Below are positions 61,959 through 64,000 of a stretch of 64,000 bases of DNA, piece after piece; within the stretch, counting starts at the first letter, position 1, and every line of letters starts with the position of its first letter. This stretch comes from Balanoglossus misakiensis. Taxonomy: Eukaryota > Animalia > Hemichordata. The stretch lies in contig CM082585.2 of the NCBI GenBank assembly GCA_040954595.2, positions 2,448,902-2,512,901 of the forward strand, given 5' to 3'. The notes beneath the pieces were generated by a model. The model did not search any database. It was not told the DNA's origin and worked only from the letters and a program-made list of their open reading frames with translations. The position numbers and the translations under genes were made by a program.

Positions 61959-64000
61959 CCCCTTGAGTACCTTGAGTGCCGGATAAAAACGGCTTTGTAA
62001 CAATTAGTTATATACCTTGAGTGCCGGAAATAAACGTCATAAACTAACTGACATCTATGGTTTCTCTGGTACCGGGATTTTTTCATTACGTGGTACCACG
62101 CTTTTCAACTGGTTGCTCGACGATGTCCGTAACCGACCTGAATGAGTTTGCGCCCTCATGAGTCCGAGTACGGCCACATGTTTGCCCTGAGCAAGTAACC
62201 CTTGACCCTGACGTCAAAAGGTCAATGTAATGATTGTGATTCATTCGATTTGTCGCACACGGAAGTGATGAAAAAGACGTTCGCGCTATGCCAAAACGTC
62301 AACAACTCACTGCAATACAACTTCTACAAATGTTAGAAGATGATGGGGATAGTGATTACGATGATAGCGGTACAGAAGCGGATGAAATAACGGGCGATGA
62401 TGATGTTTTCAATGGGTCGGCCAGAGACGAGCATGAGGACGTGGTGACGCCGACCAGAAATGATTTTGATAATGACGATGAAGATGCGGAAAATGAGGTA
62501 AATGTCGCTAATGTCACTAGACGTAGTGATAATGGTAGTGATGGTGGTGGTGGTGGTGACTGTAGTGGGAGAGATGGTGCTGAAATCGAAGTCAATAACA
62601 GTCGTAGTCATAGAGATAGACGTCGCCGTCGAGGTCGAGTGGTTGGTAATGAGGGTCAAGGCGATCTGGATGCGCGCGATGTAAGACGGCGAATTCGTGA
62701 CAGAAATATCCCAACAGCAAATGAAAATGATACCCCAGAAACTGTAGACGATGCAGTAGCTGAAGATCAAGTTGGTGCCAGAGGTGATCAGGCAGATAAT
62801 ATTCCATGGGAATGCCCACGGTCACCACTTCATTGGGTACAAGGTCATTTTCAAGGTCCTGACCTTCATGAGTTCACTGGTACACCGGGCCTCCTGGTTG
62901 AAACGGAGGGGTTTACCCCAATTGATTTCTTCCAGCTATACGTGAATGAGGATTTGATAAACCACTTTGTCACCCAAACCAACCTATATGCCCAACAATT
63001 CATAGATGCCAATCCAGCATTGCCAAGATACTCAAATGTCCATTTCTGGCACCCAGTAGATGTTGCTACCATGAAAAAATTTCTTGGTTTACTGCTGTTG
63101 ATGGGTATCATAAAGAAACCATCCATATCACTATATTGGTCCACTGATCCATTGTACAGCACACCATTATTTGGTAGTGTTATGACAAGAAATTATTTTC
63201 AACTACTGTTGAAATTTTTCCACCTCAACGATAACAGCATCAGTCCTGACCCCCAAGATCCACAGAGAGATAGACTTTTCAAGATCCGTCCGCTTTTAGA
63301 TCACTTCTTTGAGAAGTTTCAAGCTGTGTACACCGTAGACAGAAATGTAGCTATTGATGAGTCTCTACTTCTTTGGAAAGGGCGTCTGTTCTTCAGGCAG
63401 TACATCCCATTGAAACGAGCCAGATTCGGGATCAAGATATTTGCCCTGTGTGACAAGTCAGGGTATACCTACAGGTTTCAGGTATACACAGGACGGGAAG
63501 ACAACACCCAAGATGTAACAGCCCTCCTACCAAGAAATGTCAGTCATTTCAAGAAGCCAGAAAAGATGGTGTTGTATTTAATATTACCACTCCTCGGCCA
63601 GGGATACTCAGCCTATATGGATAACTGGTACACAACATCTCGTCTCTTCTACTACTTACATCATCAGTCAACGATGGCTTGTGGTACAATTCGTCTAAAC
63701 AACCTTCCACCCGTTGTCCGTACAACCAGAGTGCCACAAGATGCAACTACATCCTTCCATAGTGGACCTCTACTCTGCCTCAAATTCAAAGACAAGAAAG
63801 ATGTCCATGTCCTGACAACTATTCATGATGACAGCACGAGAGTGTACAATGCAAGGGGAAGGGCACGGCGGCAGAGACAAGTCCAGAAGCCACAGGCAGT
63901 AATCGACTACAATACCAACATGGGAGGTGTTGATGTAGCAGATCAAGTATCCTTGAAAAGTATTATTATTGTATTTTTGTGGAATGTTGTTTCTTGCTTC
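61959..64000 (+). mobile_element. piggyBac transposon, left end and most of the transposase; continues beyond the window
   Basis: TTAA (61955-61958) followed by a CCC terminus. Subterminal repeat TACCTTGAGTGCCGGA at 61968 and 62013. Confidence 0.9.
62288..63946 (+). CDS. piggyBac (PGBD4-like) transposase, first 553 codons; probable intron follows
   Basis: Open frame from ATG 62288, absent from the ORF track because it has no stop in the window. Acidic N-terminus, TNLYA, YWSTD, DRLFKIRP, IDESL, FGIK, MDNWYT, GTIR, YN..MGGVDVADQ (D-D-D triad), then a GTATCC donor. Confidence 0.92.

Noticed and set aside
62333-63746. Minus-strand and alternative-frame ORFs (145, 79, 78, 98, 65 aa)
   Set aside because: Shadows of the piggyBac transposase frame.

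Overview
AT-rich eukaryotic (metazoan, probably marine invertebrate) genomic DNA made up almost entirely of nested mobile elements and tandem repeats. Retroelements: two tyrosine-recombinase retrotransposons (a decayed copy at ~3975-7320 on -, and a structurally complete split-direct-repeat Ngaro/PAT-type copy at 28837-34777), a Ty3/Gypsy element with a neighbouring solo LTR (48160-54270), a second Gypsy integrase fragment, and L1/Tx1, L2 and CR1/L2 LINE fragments. DNA transposons: a piggyBac with an uninterrupted transposase frame (61959 to window end), a decayed pogo/Tigger-like transposase, nested Academ-like TAG..CTA elements, TTAA (Kolobok-like) MITEs, several Helentron-associated (HINE/DINE-1-like) non-autonomous elements with 239-bp internal arrays, and a 2.2-kb minisatellite foldback element with a 6-bp TSD. 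The most notable non-TE signal is a spliced gene on + (38846-46550) that the ORF track misses. Five small symmetric phase-1 Ser/Thr/Pro-rich exons, one with a KRQLF cyclin-docking-like motif, join in frame to a large G-poor terminal exon encoding an RPA70-like OB-fold/Zn protein. All calls are by eye from motifs and repeat structure; no database search was run.
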